A stretch of 61,635 bases of DNA, the filler included. It is 5 parts of 5 records of this genome, joined end to end, with 100 filler letters (N's around TTAATTAATTAA, not from the genome) between each part and the next. Parts side by side here need not be neighbours in the genome. Positions count along the whole stretch, not along the records: positions 1 to 24,078 come from DRR378314_1652; 4 more parts are not named here. One strand, given 5' to 3'. The first letter of the stretch is position 1, and each line of letters opens with the position of its first letter. The translations under genes were made by a program, and so were the position numbers. Positions 9,902 through 19,709 of the stretch are shown here, piece after piece. A model generated the notes under the pieces. That model did not search any database and was not told where the DNA came from. It saw only the letters and a program-made list of their open reading frames with translations.

Positions 9902-10804
9902 ATGCAGAACAGCATGCCGCCGCTTAGCGCCCTGCGCGCCTTTGAAGCCACAGCCCGATTGGGTAGCGTAACTGCTGCTGCCGATGAGCTAAGCGTTACC
10001 CATGGCGCGGTTAGCCGCCAACTTAAAAGCCTGGATGAGCATTTTGGTGCAGCACTATTTGCAAAAGCAGGCCGTGGTCTGGTGCTGACTCACCATGGTG
10101 AGCAACTGCAAAGCGGCGTGGGCGAGGCATTTAGCAAACTGCGCAATAGTTGCGCAGCACTCAAGCGTGATGTGAAAGAAGCGCCCTTTACCCTGGCCTG
10201 CCCCGGCAGCCTGCTAGCACGCTGGCTAATCCCCCGCCTGGATCGGCTGAACCAAGAGCTGCCGCAACTGAAGCTAAAAGTCGTGGTAAGTGACAGCGAA
10301 CTGCCCGGACAACAGGTTGATACCAGCGCCACCCTGGCGTTTATTGAACCGCCCTGGCCCGCGGATGTGGAGGTTATCGAGCTACTTTCCGAGCAGATTT
10401 GCCCAGTAGCAAGCCCACTACTAGCAGCACACATCGACCCAGCCAAGCCAGAATCGTTATTTGCCAACAAGCTGTTAGTGACCGCTTCACGTCCCCAGGC
10501 GTGGCCACAGTGGGCGAGTGCCAAAGGGCTGGAGCAACGTGCATTGGAGGATGCCCTTCAACAGGGCCAAAGGTTTGCCCATCTTTATTATCTGATTGAA
10601 GCAGCAGTGGCAGGCTTAGGCGTAGCAATAGCACCCAAACTACTGGTGGAAGACGATTTACGCAGCGGGCGGCTTGTGGCTCCTTGGGGAAGTATCGAAA
10701 CGCCCGCCCGCCTCTGCCTATGGCTGCCGAAACAAACCAACAGCCGCCGCAGCGAGCCACTGGCAGAGTGGCTTAAGCAGGAATTGGGGGCTGGCCACTG
10801 CTAG
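9902..10804 (+). CDS. trpI: LysR-family regulator, TrpI
   Basis: PPLSALRAFEATARLGSV...VTHGAVSRQ, CPGSLLARWLIPRL; divergent from trpBA as in Pseudomonas. Confidence 0.85.
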   Translation: MQNSMPPLSALRAFEATARLGSVTAAADELSVTHGAVSRQLKSLDEHFGAALFAKAGRGLVLTHHGEQLQSGVGEAFSKLRNSCAALKRDVKEAPFTLACPGSLLARWLIPRLDRLNQELPQLKLKVVVSDSELPGQQVDTSATLAFIEPPWPADVEVIELLSEQICPVASPLLAAHIDPAKPESLFANKLLVTASRPQAWPQWASAKGLEQRALEDALQQGQRFAHLYYLIEAAVAGLGVAIAPKLLVEDDLRSGRLVAPWGSIETPARLCLWLPKQTNSRRSEPLAEWLKQELGAGHC

Positions 10805-10817
10805 TCTGGCTACTCCT

Positions 10818-11723
10818 TTAGCGCTTGTTTGCACAAAGTATGTGGGCTATTTGTTCACGCACCCAACGATGCGCACTGTGGCCATGGTTACGCTCATGCC
10901 ACACCATACCGACTTTGAATCCCAGTGACTTAATGGGGGATTCAACAATTTTAAGGTCGGAACGTTGGGCGACTAAACGCAGTGGTACCAGCGCCACAAG
11001 AGGCGAGTGAGCAACAATTTCAGGGATGAACAGGAATGAAGCGGTCGATAGCACAACGTTGCGCTTATAGCCCAATGTATGTAAGACCTGATCCACTGGG
11101 GTGCAAAAATCACCTCCACTGAGCGACACAATCACATGCTCAAGTTGGACATAATCTTCAATTGTCATTTCATCACTGAGTCGCGGGTGGTTCTCGCAGC
11201 CAACCAACACATAGGTTTCGTCGTACAGGGGTCTTGATCGTAAAGTCGGTGGTGCTTCTTCTGGCGTCATAAGTGCAAGGTCCACTTCACCACACGCCAT
11301 CAGGGCTTCCAACCGAGGTGGTTCCAGATTACGTATTGCGATCCTGACGCCGGGTGCCTCTCGCCTTAACTCGTTCATGATCGACAAACCAACAACCGTT
11401 TGCAGATAGTCGGTACATGCAATCGTGATGGTCAGCTTTGCTTGGGCAGGCTCAAAGTGCTGGTGCGTTGTTAGCGTCTCTCGCACCTGATCTAGTGCAA
11501 AACGCAATGGGGAAAGTAACTCCAACGCTTTGGCGGTAGGCATCATTCCACGATGAGCAGGAATCAGTAGCGGATCATTGAACATATCCCGAAGGCGACT
11601 CAACTGAGCGCTGACAGCAGGCTGGCTAAGATTCAGCCGCGCGGCCGCTCTGGTGACATTTTGCTCTTCAAGCAAAGCCTCTAATGTCACCAACAAATTA
11701 AGGTCAAGTCTTTTGGTATCCAT
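10818..11723 (-). CDS. LysR-family regulator (NodD-like)
   Basis: LDLNLLVTLEALLEEQNVTRAAARLNLSQPAVSAQLSRLR. Confidence 0.95.
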   Translation of the reverse strand: MDTKRLDLNLLVTLEALLEEQNVTRAAARLNLSQPAVSAQLSRLRDMFNDPLLIPAHRGMMPTAKALELLSPLRFALDQVRETLTTHQHFEPAQAKLTITIACTDYLQTVVGLSIMNELRREAPGVRIAIRNLEPPRLEALMACGEVDLALMTPEEAPPTLRSRPLYDETYVLVGCENHPRLSDEMTIEDYVQLEHVIVSLSGGDFCTPVDQVLHTLGYKRNVVLSTASFLFIPEIVAHSPLVALVPLRLVAQRSDLKIVESPIKSLGFKVGMVWHERNHGHSAHRWVREQIAHILCANKR

Positions 11724-11733
11724 GCTTACGATA
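11717..11733. promoter_or_regulatory. LysR box overlapping regulator start codon
   Basis: TATC-N9-GATA. Confidence 0.55.
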
Positions 11734-11842
11734 GTAAGTCATAAAACTATTAATTTCACTGATACTTCAATCTTGCGCACACTGCCTACTGTATCCACTT
11801 AGAGTGATAGTCACTCGCTAACTCGCCTCTAGGAGCAGCAAA

Positions 11843-12613
11843 GTGTCCAAGACCATATTGATGGTGTATGCCCACCCCGAACCCACATCACTAACCCGCC
11901 TATTCGTTACCGAAACGATACGAATACTGGAACAACAAGGCCATGTTGTGCTGCAATCAGACCTATATGGCATGGGTTGGAAGGCGACTTTTGATGAGCA
12001 GGATTTCCCCAACCGTATAAACCAAGACCGGCTAGATTTTATCCAAGAGTCGCAGCACGCTTATACCAATCACCAACAGACGTTGGATGTTGCCGCAGAG
12101 CAAGACAAGCTGCTTGCCGCCGATGCAGTCATATTTCATTTCCCTCTTTGGTGGTTTGGTATGCCCGCCATTCTCAAAGGCTGGATAGATCGTGTGTATG
12201 CCTACGGATTCGCCTACGGATACAAAGGCGAAGGTAACCGGTATCGCTATGGGGACGGTATTCTCAAAGGCAAACGAGCCCTACTTTCAGTAATGGTGGG
12301 GGGACCAGAGGAGGACTATTCGCCCCGTGGCATTAATGGCCCCTTGGAGGAGTTATTATTTCCCATCACCCACGGCGCTCTCTTTTTTCCCGGCTTGGAT
12401 GTACTGCCCACCCATGCCGTGTATGGCAGCGGCAAGCTTTCAAAAGCTAACGTAGAGAAAGAACTCGCCACTTGGCACCTTCGCCTCAATCATCTCTTTA
12501 ATGAATCACCTATTCCCTTCCGGCGCCAAAATGGTGGAGAGTATCAATTTAACATCCTCGCCGATCATATCGCTGCTGGAAAAAAGGGGCTGACCATTCA
12601 CATCGACAATTAG
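11843..12613 (+). CDS. NAD(P)H-dependent quinone oxidoreductase (flavodoxin-2 fold)
   Basis: VYAHPEPTS, SDLYGMGW, FPLWWFGMPAILKGWIDRV; GTG start with AGGAG RBS. Confidence 0.9.
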   Translation: MSKTILMVYAHPEPTSLTRLFVTETIRILEQQGHVVLQSDLYGMGWKATFDEQDFPNRINQDRLDFIQESQHAYTNHQQTLDVAAEQDKLLAADAVIFHFPLWWFGMPAILKGWIDRVYAYGFAYGYKGEGNRYRYGDGILKGKRALLSVMVGGPEEDYSPRGINGPLEELLFPITHGALFFPGLDVLPTHAVYGSGKLSKANVEKELATWHLRLNHLFNESPIPFRRQNGGEYQFNILADHIAAGKKGLTIHIDN

Positions 12614-12739
12614 CCGAGCGGTAGAAATCAAGACCATAAATACAAGGACGCTTAACTATATAGCATTACTAACACATGTAACTTTGGAGTCGAGGGGGAA
12701 GGCGCAACACATCATGGCCTCCCCCTTCTGACTCTCTCA

Positions 12740-13342
12740 CTACACAAATGCAGTCTGCTGAAAACTATCCCTGGCAATTACTGCGGCATGCCATGCTTTG
12801 AGCTGTGGGTACGCTTCCTTCCAGTGCACTTCTGGCAACCTGAAGGCTAAGTAATCTAGCGCAACCGCGCAGGCGATTTCACCAAGCGTAATCGACGGTG
12901 CCAACTGACTTTCGTGGAGCTCACTATCCAGTTGTTCCACTATTCGTTGCATGGCTCGCTGGCGCCTTCGCCCAAGCTCACTGTGATCAATCTCAGCGCC
13001 ATAGTGCTTTCTGGCGATAACGGTCGTAAACGCAACATCCATCAGGTTCTGACCAAGCCCGGCCAGATGCATTACATTCGCTAATCGGGCTTGGGGAATC
13101 ATAAACGAGTGAGAGCTGACGCTATCAAGATAAACAGCAATCAACATTGACTCGCTAAGTGTCGTTCCTTCGTCTGTCACTAGCGCTGGAATTCGCCCGG
13201 CGGGATTAACCTCTAGCAGCGCTTGGTCATCTGCCCAAGGGTCGCACCAGCGCAATGTCACGTCATCCACCAGCCCCTTCTCAAGTAAGATGATCCGCGC
13301 TAGGCGCGCATAGGGTGACGTTGCGTTAAGAAAAAGCTGCAT
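12740..13342 (-). CDS. Glutathione S-transferase family protein
   Basis: TSPYAR, NPAGRIPALVTDEG..LSES..IAVYLD, ACAVALDYLAFR. Confidence 0.9.
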   Translation of the reverse strand: MQLFLNATSPYARLARIILLEKGLVDDVTLRWCDPWADDQALLEVNPAGRIPALVTDEGTTLSESMLIAVYLDSVSSHSFMIPQARLANVMHLAGLGQNLMDVAFTTVIARKHYGAEIDHSELGRRRQRAMQRIVEQLDSELHESQLAPSITLGEIACAVALDYLAFRLPEVHWKEAYPQLKAWHAAVIARDSFQQTAFV

Positions 13343-14562
13343 TATGGCCTCCGGTTCTTAGTAGAGAGAGGAACAGTAGAGAGAGGGGCGTGACGCTGCT
13401 GCTGGCTTCGGCTCAGCAGCACCAGTACAAAGCCGCCTACCAACACCAGGCTGCTAATCGCAAATAGCGGTGAATAAGTGCCCCAGGCTACATAGAGCGC
13501 CGACATCGCGTAGCCAGCAAACGCTTGAGCCGCAGCGAAAGCGGCAGTCGCTTGTCCCCAGAGCTTTTTGTGGGCGGTGGGGCCGACTAATTCAGCCAGT
13601 CGTCCAGACGTCAGCGCAACAATACCTGGGATCATCGCGCCTACCACAAACGAGGAAACTGACTGACTAAGCAATGCGAGTGAAAATACGGGCAGGGACA
13701 CAGCGGCAGCCTTAGCTAAAAAAGCGAGGGTTAAACCATGGTGCCAGCCCACTTTTCGCGCCAACGTTCCTACTACCAGTGGCCCGCACACAGCGCCCAA
13801 GCCGAAAATACCCCACTGTAGAGAAGCCGCTTGATGCCCTAAGGCATTTTCTCTGGCGAGATAATCCACCCAAAATACGGTATGCGGAACAAACCCGACG
13901 GCGTCCAGGGCATACGCACCTATCACCAGTAGCACAGCAGCATTTATTCCTGCATACCTGGTCTGACTTGTTGACTTTTCCTGGCTAGCCTCCGGCGGTG
14001 AGGAGAGCTGAGTAACGCCCCAGTCACATACCAGAGCAGCAGCAATACAGAGCAGACCCAGCGTTCCCCAGGTAACCGTTAGGCTTAACTCCAGAAGCAC
14101 TGGCACCACCGATGCGGAAAGCAGCGCACCGAAGCCAATGCCAGTAAACACCAAGGCACCGACACTCGTCCGCCTTTCCGGAGGGGTGGTCGACAGAGCC
14201 AACGATGGGCCAACCACCATGAGAATGGCGCCAGCAATACCTGAGACTAATCGCCAAAAGAAAAACCAGCTAAAACTGCCCGCCCCCGCACAGAGGAAAA
14301 AGCTCAGTGCGATCGCTACGAAACTTGCCCCCATCACCGCGCGGACAGAAAAACGCTCACTTAGTGTGTGAGCAGACAACGCACCAATAAAGTAGCCGAG
14401 AAGATTAGCAGCCCCAAGATAAGCTCCTTGGCTGGCACTGAACCACCCTTCTTGAATCAGCGCCGGTAATAGCGGTGTGTAGGCAAAACGGGCAATTCCT
14501 ATTCCTGCCAAGGTGGCCATCACGCCGGTCATCAGAGCAGGCAAGTCTTTGCTATTGATCAT
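13342..14562 (-). CDS. YbfB/YjiJ-family MFS transporter
   Basis: GIARFAYTPLLP and ANLLGYFIGAL motifs, about 12 TM helices; stop overlaps GST start. Confidence 0.9.
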   Translation of the reverse strand: MINSKDLPALMTGVMATLAGIGIARFAYTPLLPALIQEGWFSASQGAYLGAANLLGYFIGALSAHTLSERFSVRAVMGASFVAIALSFFLCAGAGSFSWFFFWRLVSGIAGAILMVVGPSLALSTTPPERRTSVGALVFTGIGFGALLSASVVPVLLELSLTVTWGTLGLLCIAAALVCDWGVTQLSSPPEASQEKSTSQTRYAGINAAVLLVIGAYALDAVGFVPHTVFWVDYLARENALGHQAASLQWGIFGLGAVCGPLVVGTLARKVGWHHGLTLAFLAKAAAVSLPVFSLALLSQSVSSFVVGAMIPGIVALTSGRLAELVGPTAHKKLWGQATAAFAAAQAFAGYAMSALYVAWGTYSPLFAISSLVLVGGFVLVLLSRSQQQRHAPLSTVPLSTKNRRP

Positions 14563-14668
14563 GTCGTATCCTTCCTAAATCGCTGTGCGGCAAGATTGGC
14601 AACAGGCGTATTTACCAGTAGCTTACGCACACCAACAATTCTTTAGAAACGATTTATAGTGATAGCCT

Positions 14669-14687
14669 CTATCTTTTTTTGAGATAG
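14669..14687. promoter_or_regulatory. LysR box
   Basis: CTATC-N9-GATAG between the MFS gene and the divergent LysR. Confidence 0.6.
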
Positions 14688-14745
14688 CTCTTAAGATGGC
14701 TATTGAGATGCTTTTTGAGTCGGTGGTCGCTTAAGGGAGATAAGA

Positions 14746-15615
14746 ATGCAGTTTAAATCATTGCGGCTGTTTATGGCGGTGGCAGAAACCGGCAGCTTTA
14801 TGGCTGCCGCAAAGCAACTGCACACGGTGCAATCTAACGTGACCACGCATATCAAAAAACTTGAGGAGGAATTAGGCGTGCAGCTGGTTCATCGTGCTGG
14901 TGGCGTGCGCCTTACGTCTGCGGGGCTAGCGTTACTGGATTATGCAGAACGGTTGCTGGCAGTACATGACGAAGCATTGATGCTGTTTCAAAGCGCAGAG
15001 AACGCAACAGGCCAGCTGCGCTTGGGGTCGATGGAAACGACTATGGCGCTACGCCTTCCCCCGATATTAGCGGCCTATCATGCTGACTTTCCAGAGGTTG
15101 ATATGACGCTGGCGACCGGCCCCACCGCCAGCTTGATCGAGAAGCTCATGGACGGTCAGGCGGATGGCGTGTTTGTGGCCGGCGCTATCGATCATCATCG
15201 CTATCATTCGCTCAAAGTCTTCAGCGAACAGCTTGTGCTGGTGAGTTCAACCCCCATGACAAGCGTACCCAGCTCTGAAGAACTACTGACAGCAACGTTT
15301 CTTGCATTTCGCCAGGGATGTAGTTACCGGCAACGTATCGAACTGCTGCTGGCATCTCAAGGAATAAATGCCGTGCGTGTTTTTGAGTTTGGCACGCTAG
15401 ACGCCATGCTTGGTTGCGTAGCCGCCGGGATGGGATACACCGTGCTGCCACGTATTATCATTGAAGCGCACCAGCACCGCTTCGGCATTCACGCGATGGA
15501 ACTGCCCTCTGCGATTGCCAATATCGACACCTATTTTGTTACTTCAGAACCCGCTACCTGGTCGCCCGCATTAGCCCGTTTTGTCGATACGTTACACCAG
15601 CAAGCCAGGTTATAG
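14746..15615 (+). CDS. LysR-family regulator
   Basis: LHTVQSNVTTHIKKLEEELG, LRLGSMET, FRQGCSYRQR. Confidence 0.95.
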   Translation: MQFKSLRLFMAVAETGSFMAAAKQLHTVQSNVTTHIKKLEEELGVQLVHRAGGVRLTSAGLALLDYAERLLAVHDEALMLFQSAENATGQLRLGSMETTMALRLPPILAAYHADFPEVDMTLATGPTASLIEKLMDGQADGVFVAGAIDHHRYHSLKVFSEQLVLVSSTPMTSVPSSEELLTATFLAFRQGCSYRQRIELLLASQGINAVRVFEFGTLDAMLGCVAAGMGYTVLPRIIIEAHQHRFGIHAMELPSAIANIDTYFVTSEPATWSPALARFVDTLHQQARL

Positions 15616-15620
15616 ACGCT

Positions 15621-16547
15621 TCATTCCTTCTGAGCAATTAAGGACGTGTCTACACCGTTCGCCAAAGATTCTGTTTCGGCAATTTCGATCAGCCGGCGTA
15701 CCGCCGACAACCCTGAATCCCTGCGCCACACCAGCATCAGAGGCAAAGCCAGCTTGAGATCCTCCAAGCGATGGCTTACCACGCCTTCTGGTGCCCCTGC
15801 CATGGTCATGGCCGGTAAAATACTGCAGCCCATGCCAGCAGCCACCAAACACAACATAGTAGCGTTATCAGTTCCTTCCTGAACTACATGGGGCGTGAAC
15901 CCCTCTCGCTGAAAGGCGTGAATCAGCTTGTCATGATAGACCGGGGTGGCACTGCGCTCAAACCAGATAAAATTCTCGTCATTGAGCTCGGCTAGGTATC
16001 GCGGCGGGTGTCGCGCTAGGCGTGAGGTGGCACTGGTAACCAATACGAGATGATCTTCATACAAGCAATGGCTACAGAGGCTGTCATCGTCTTCCGGAGG
16101 GAAGAACAACATGCCAGCATCCAGCCTCCCACGGCGAATTGCATCGACCTGAGGCCCCGAAAGCAGTGACTCCACCTTCAGCGTGACCTCGGGATATTGC
16201 TCGCGGAAACGGTTGAGCAAACCGATTATCTGCGGTACCCATAAATGCATCACCGTCACCCCTAGACGCAACTCACCGAATTGGCCATCGGCGATGCGCC
16301 GTGCATTGCGCTTGGCCTGTTCGAATTCGCCAAGCAAACGCCGGGTATCACGGTAGAACGATTCGCCTGCGGCGGTCAGGCGAACGCCATGCCGTGAACG
16401 AGTTAGCAACGTGGTACCGACCTCATCTTCAAGCAGCAGCAATTGACGTGATAGGGCTGGTTGAGCAAGTGGTATCCGTCGTGCTGCTGAGGAGATAGCT
16501 CCCTCCTCTACGACGGTCTGAAAATATTTTAAGCGTTTGAAGTCCAT
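15621..16547 (-). CDS. LysR-family regulator (BenM/CatR-like)
   Basis: MDFKRLKYFQTVVEEG.ISSAARR...AQPALSRQ. Confidence 0.93.
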   Translation of the reverse strand: MDFKRLKYFQTVVEEGAISSAARRIPLAQPALSRQLLLLEDEVGTTLLTRSRHGVRLTAAGESFYRDTRRLLGEFEQAKRNARRIADGQFGELRLGVTVMHLWVPQIIGLLNRFREQYPEVTLKVESLLSGPQVDAIRRGRLDAGMLFFPPEDDDSLCSHCLYEDHLVLVTSATSRLARHPPRYLAELNDENFIWFERSATPVYHDKLIHAFQREGFTPHVVQEGTDNATMLCLVAAGMGCSILPAMTMAGAPEGVVSHRLEDLKLALPLMLVWRRDSGLSAVRRLIEIAETESLANGVDTSLIAQKE

Positions 16548-16578
16548 CTCATTCCCATTGAATGACACGCCGCGGCTC

Positions 16579-16603
16579 TTTCCATCCAATATAAGCATGG
16601 AAA
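16579..16603. promoter_or_regulatory. LysR box
   Basis: TTTCCAT-N11-ATGGAAA inverted repeat (T-N11-A core). Confidence 0.6.
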
Positions 16604-16683
16604 GCTAATAAAAAAACTATTTTCTCTATGCCACCGAAACAACCAAGATGAATTGGCCCATCCAACAACTATGCGAATCGACT

Positions 16684-17877
16684 ATGACAGAATTCATCAA
16701 CGCAAATTTCTTCGAGCGCCATCACGCCGAACTGACCCAGATACGGCACGAGCTGCATCGTCACCCAGAGCTAGGGTTTCAGGAACATGCCACGGCTAAG
16801 CGCATCGCTGAAGAACTAGAGCGTCTCGGTTTGACCTTTGAAACTGGCATCGGCAAAACCGGTATCGTTGCGACTATCACCGGCGATCAGCCCGACAACG
16901 GACGCCAAATTGGTCTGCGCGCCGACATGGACGCCCTGCCGATCCAGGAGCTTAGCGAGCACAACCACACATCCGAAGTACCCGGCCGAATGCATGCCTG
17001 CGGCCATGATGGTCACACAACCCTACTGCTTGGCGTGGCACGCTACCTGGCTGAACACCGCGATTTCGCTGGCACCATTCACCTAGTCTTTCAGCCCGCA
17101 GAAGAAGGCTTAGGTGGTGGCCGGGCAATGGTTGAAGAGGGGTTGTTCGAGCGCTTTCCTATGCAGGCCATCTACGCCCTGCACAACTGGCCTTCTCTGC
17201 CTGCTGGCCAAGTGGCCGTCCGCTCAGGTGCCATCATGGCAGCCACCGATCGGCTCGATATCCGGGTACGCGGAAAAGGGGGCCATGGAGGCGTCAACCC
17301 TCACCTATCGACAGATCCTGTGCGTATGGCGGGTGCCCTGATTCAAAATCTTCACTCCGTGGTCGCACGTGATATTAACCCTCTATCTCCCGCGGCCCTC
17401 AGCCTGTGTGGATTGCAGGGGGGCGATATTGACGGTTTCGCCATTATTCCCGATGAAGTACGCATCAGCGGTACAGCACGAAGCCTTGATGCCGACACTC
17501 AGGATCGTATTGAGCATGCGGTTCGCCGTGTTTGTGAAGGGGTGGCCATTGCCCATGGCGGCGACATTGAGGTCGACTACCAACGCATATTCCCAGCGAC
17601 GGTCAATAGCGAGGCGGAAACCCGCCACGTGGAATCCTGTGTTGTGCAAACACTCGGCGAAGCAGCCCTAGTGCGTGACGTCGCCCCTAGCCTTGGCGGC
17701 GAAGATTTCTCCTTCATGCTGCAGCGTTGCCCAGGAGCCTACTTCTTCCTCGGTACAGCCAAGGATGAGTCCACCGCACCACTACACAACGCTCGTTACG
17801 ACTTTAACGACGACATTATTCCCACTGGTTGCCAACTACTGGTGGCCATCGGCCTCGGCGCACTCGCTGCCGCCTGA
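16684..17877 (+). CDS. M20D amidohydrolase (hippurate hydrolase/aminoacylase-like)
   Basis: LHRHPELGFQE, LRADMDALPI, MHACGHDGHT, FQPAEEG, GGEDFSF; alternative start 16648. Confidence 0.93.
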   Translation: MTEFINANFFERHHAELTQIRHELHRHPELGFQEHATAKRIAEELERLGLTFETGIGKTGIVATITGDQPDNGRQIGLRADMDALPIQELSEHNHTSEVPGRMHACGHDGHTTLLLGVARYLAEHRDFAGTIHLVFQPAEEGLGGGRAMVEEGLFERFPMQAIYALHNWPSLPAGQVAVRSGAIMAATDRLDIRVRGKGGHGGVNPHLSTDPVRMAGALIQNLHSVVARDINPLSPAALSLCGLQGGDIDGFAIIPDEVRISGTARSLDADTQDRIEHAVRRVCEGVAIAHGGDIEVDYQRIFPATVNSEAETRHVESCVVQTLGEAALVRDVAPSLGGEDFSFMLQRCPGAYFFLGTAKDESTAPLHNARYDFNDDIIPTGCQLLVAIGLGALAAA

Positions 17878-17919
17878 ACGAGGCCTGCTCTACTACCGAT
17901 AACACCACAATAACGAGGT

Positions 17920-18150
17920 ATGCATATGAAATCCCGGCCCTCGCTTCCCCCTAGGGGATTGCTGATTTACTTCACTATCTGTGCGCTGGCGATGATCTGG
18001 CCTGGCGCATTAGTGGCCAACCGCATCGAACCGATGGTGATTGGCTTGCCCTTCTTCATGTTCTGGTACGTCGCTTGGGTCTTTGCCCTATTTGTGGGGC
18101 TAGTGATTGCCTATCGTCACGATGCCGCGCAGGAGGTGAACGATGAGTGA
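17920..18150 (+). CDS. DUF3311-like small membrane protein
   Basis: NRIEPMVIGLPFFMFW motif, two TM helices, overlaps SSS start. Confidence 0.8.
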   Translation: MHMKSRPSLPPRGLLIYFTICALAMIWPGALVANRIEPMVIGLPFFMFWYVAWVFALFVGLVIAYRHDAAQEVNDE

Positions 18151-19618
18151 TTCACTGCTGATCACTACCATCACCCTAGCCTATCTACTGATCGTTCTGG
18201 CGGTAGGCCTGCGAGCAAGACATAACCAGAGCTCTTCTCTGGAAGGCTACGTCGCTGGTGGGCGCCACATGGGGCTACTGGTGCTGTTTTTCATTCTTGG
18301 AGCGGAGATATTCTCTGCTTTCGCCTTTCTTGGAGCCCCTGGCTGGGCCTACAGCAAGGGGGCACCGGCACTCTATATCATCGCCTACCTAGCGCTCGCT
18401 GTGATTGTATGGTGGTTAATCGCTCCATATATTTCGCGGCTTGGCCGCCGCCATGGCTTCCTGACCCAGGCAGAGTTCCTCTCCGCCTGTTATCCAACTC
18501 GGGGTAATCTGCTGGGGTTGTTCATCGGTGTGGTCAGCGTACTGGCGATGATCCCCTACCTAACCATTCAGATCGCTGGTGCAGGACTGCTCTTCGAGGC
18601 GGCAACCTCAGGCACCATTCCGTTCTGGCTCGGCAGCTTACTAGCCTGTGGCGTGGTGGCGGCCTATGTCTACGCGAGCGGCTTACAAGGCATCGGCTGG
18701 ACCAACCTGCTTCAGGGCGTGATGATGGTGGGCGTCGCGTGGTTCCTAGGCTTAGCAACGGCCGACCAGTTCTTCGGCGGAGTCGGCGAGATGTTCCGCG
18801 AGCTGCAGCGCGAAGCGCCAGAATACCTAACCATGCCCGGTGCTGGTGGCATGGGCTGGGGTGCCTTCTCCACAGCAATCCTGGTTAGTGCCCTAGGTTG
18901 CGTAATGTGGCCGCACATTTTCATGAAGTTTTATAGTGCTCGCAGTGAGCGAACCCTCAAACAGGTGTTCGTACTCTACCCACTTTATAGCTATCTGCTA
19001 GTGCCATTGCTGATTATCGGCTTCGCTGGAGTGTTACTACTGGAAGATAGCCCACTCGACTCCGCTGATCGCGTGCTGTTGACGTTAGTGGTCGAGCTAG
19101 CTGACTTCCCAGCGTGGCTGATCGGTATAGCACTCTCCGGCGCGCTAGCCGCGGCAATGTCTACGGCTGCCAACTTGGCCCATACCTCCGCCACTATCCT
19201 GGTAAGAGACGTGGGTCAGCGCCTGCCCGTGCTGCGTGGTATATCTGATGACAAGGCACTCAAACTGACTCGCTACGGTGTGGTGGTGATCTCCTTAGCG
19301 GCCTACCTGCTAGCCCTAGTCAATCCTGGTTCATTGGTTGGCCTGTTACTCGGCGCCTACGGCATCGTGGTGCAGTTGTTGCCGATGCTGCTTGGCGCAC
19401 TATTTTGGCGGCGAGCCTCACGTACTGGCGCCTTTGCAGGTCTAGCAATAGGCGCGGCCCTAACCCTATTGTTCCAGTTTGGAGTCAGCACTCCATTCGG
19501 CTGGCACGCTGGCTTCTGTGGTCTAGTCGTCAATACCGTCGTGTTCATCGGAGTGAGTCTCGTGACACACAGTTCATCATCGTACTCACCGGCCCAGGCT
19601 CTCAGTTCCAAAGGCTGA
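18143..19618 (+). CDS. Sodium:solute symporter family transporter
   Basis: YVAGGR, FSAFAFLGAPGWAY, WPHIF, ALAAAMST. Confidence 0.93.
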   Translation: MSDSLLITTITLAYLLIVLAVGLRARHNQSSSLEGYVAGGRHMGLLVLFFILGAEIFSAFAFLGAPGWAYSKGAPALYIIAYLALAVIVWWLIAPYISRLGRRHGFLTQAEFLSACYPTRGNLLGLFIGVVSVLAMIPYLTIQIAGAGLLFEAATSGTIPFWLGSLLACGVVAAYVYASGLQGIGWTNLLQGVMMVGVAWFLGLATADQFFGGVGEMFRELQREAPEYLTMPGAGGMGWGAFSTAILVSALGCVMWPHIFMKFYSARSERTLKQVFVLYPLYSYLLVPLLIIGFAGVLLLEDSPLDSADRVLLTLVVELADFPAWLIGIALSGALAAAMSTAANLAHTSATILVRDVGQRLPVLRGISDDKALKLTRYGVVVISLAAYLLALVNPGSLVGLLLGAYGIVVQLLPMLLGALFWRRASRTGAFAGLAIGAALTLLFQFGVSTPFGWHAGFCGLVVNTVVFIGVSLVTHSSSSYSPAQALSSKG

Positions 19619-19630
19619 CGCTTGGCTTTG

Positions 19631-19674
19631 ACGCCCTCTCCTGGCTACGGAAATCTTGGCTACGGAGAGGGCGT
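19631..19674. terminator. Inverted repeat between convergent genes
   Basis: ACGCCCTCTCC...GGAGAGGGCGT, containing a TGGCTACGGA direct repeat. Confidence 0.55.
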
Positions 19675-19709
19675 TAATGGCATAAATTAGAGTCATCCCC
19701 CCCCGCTTC

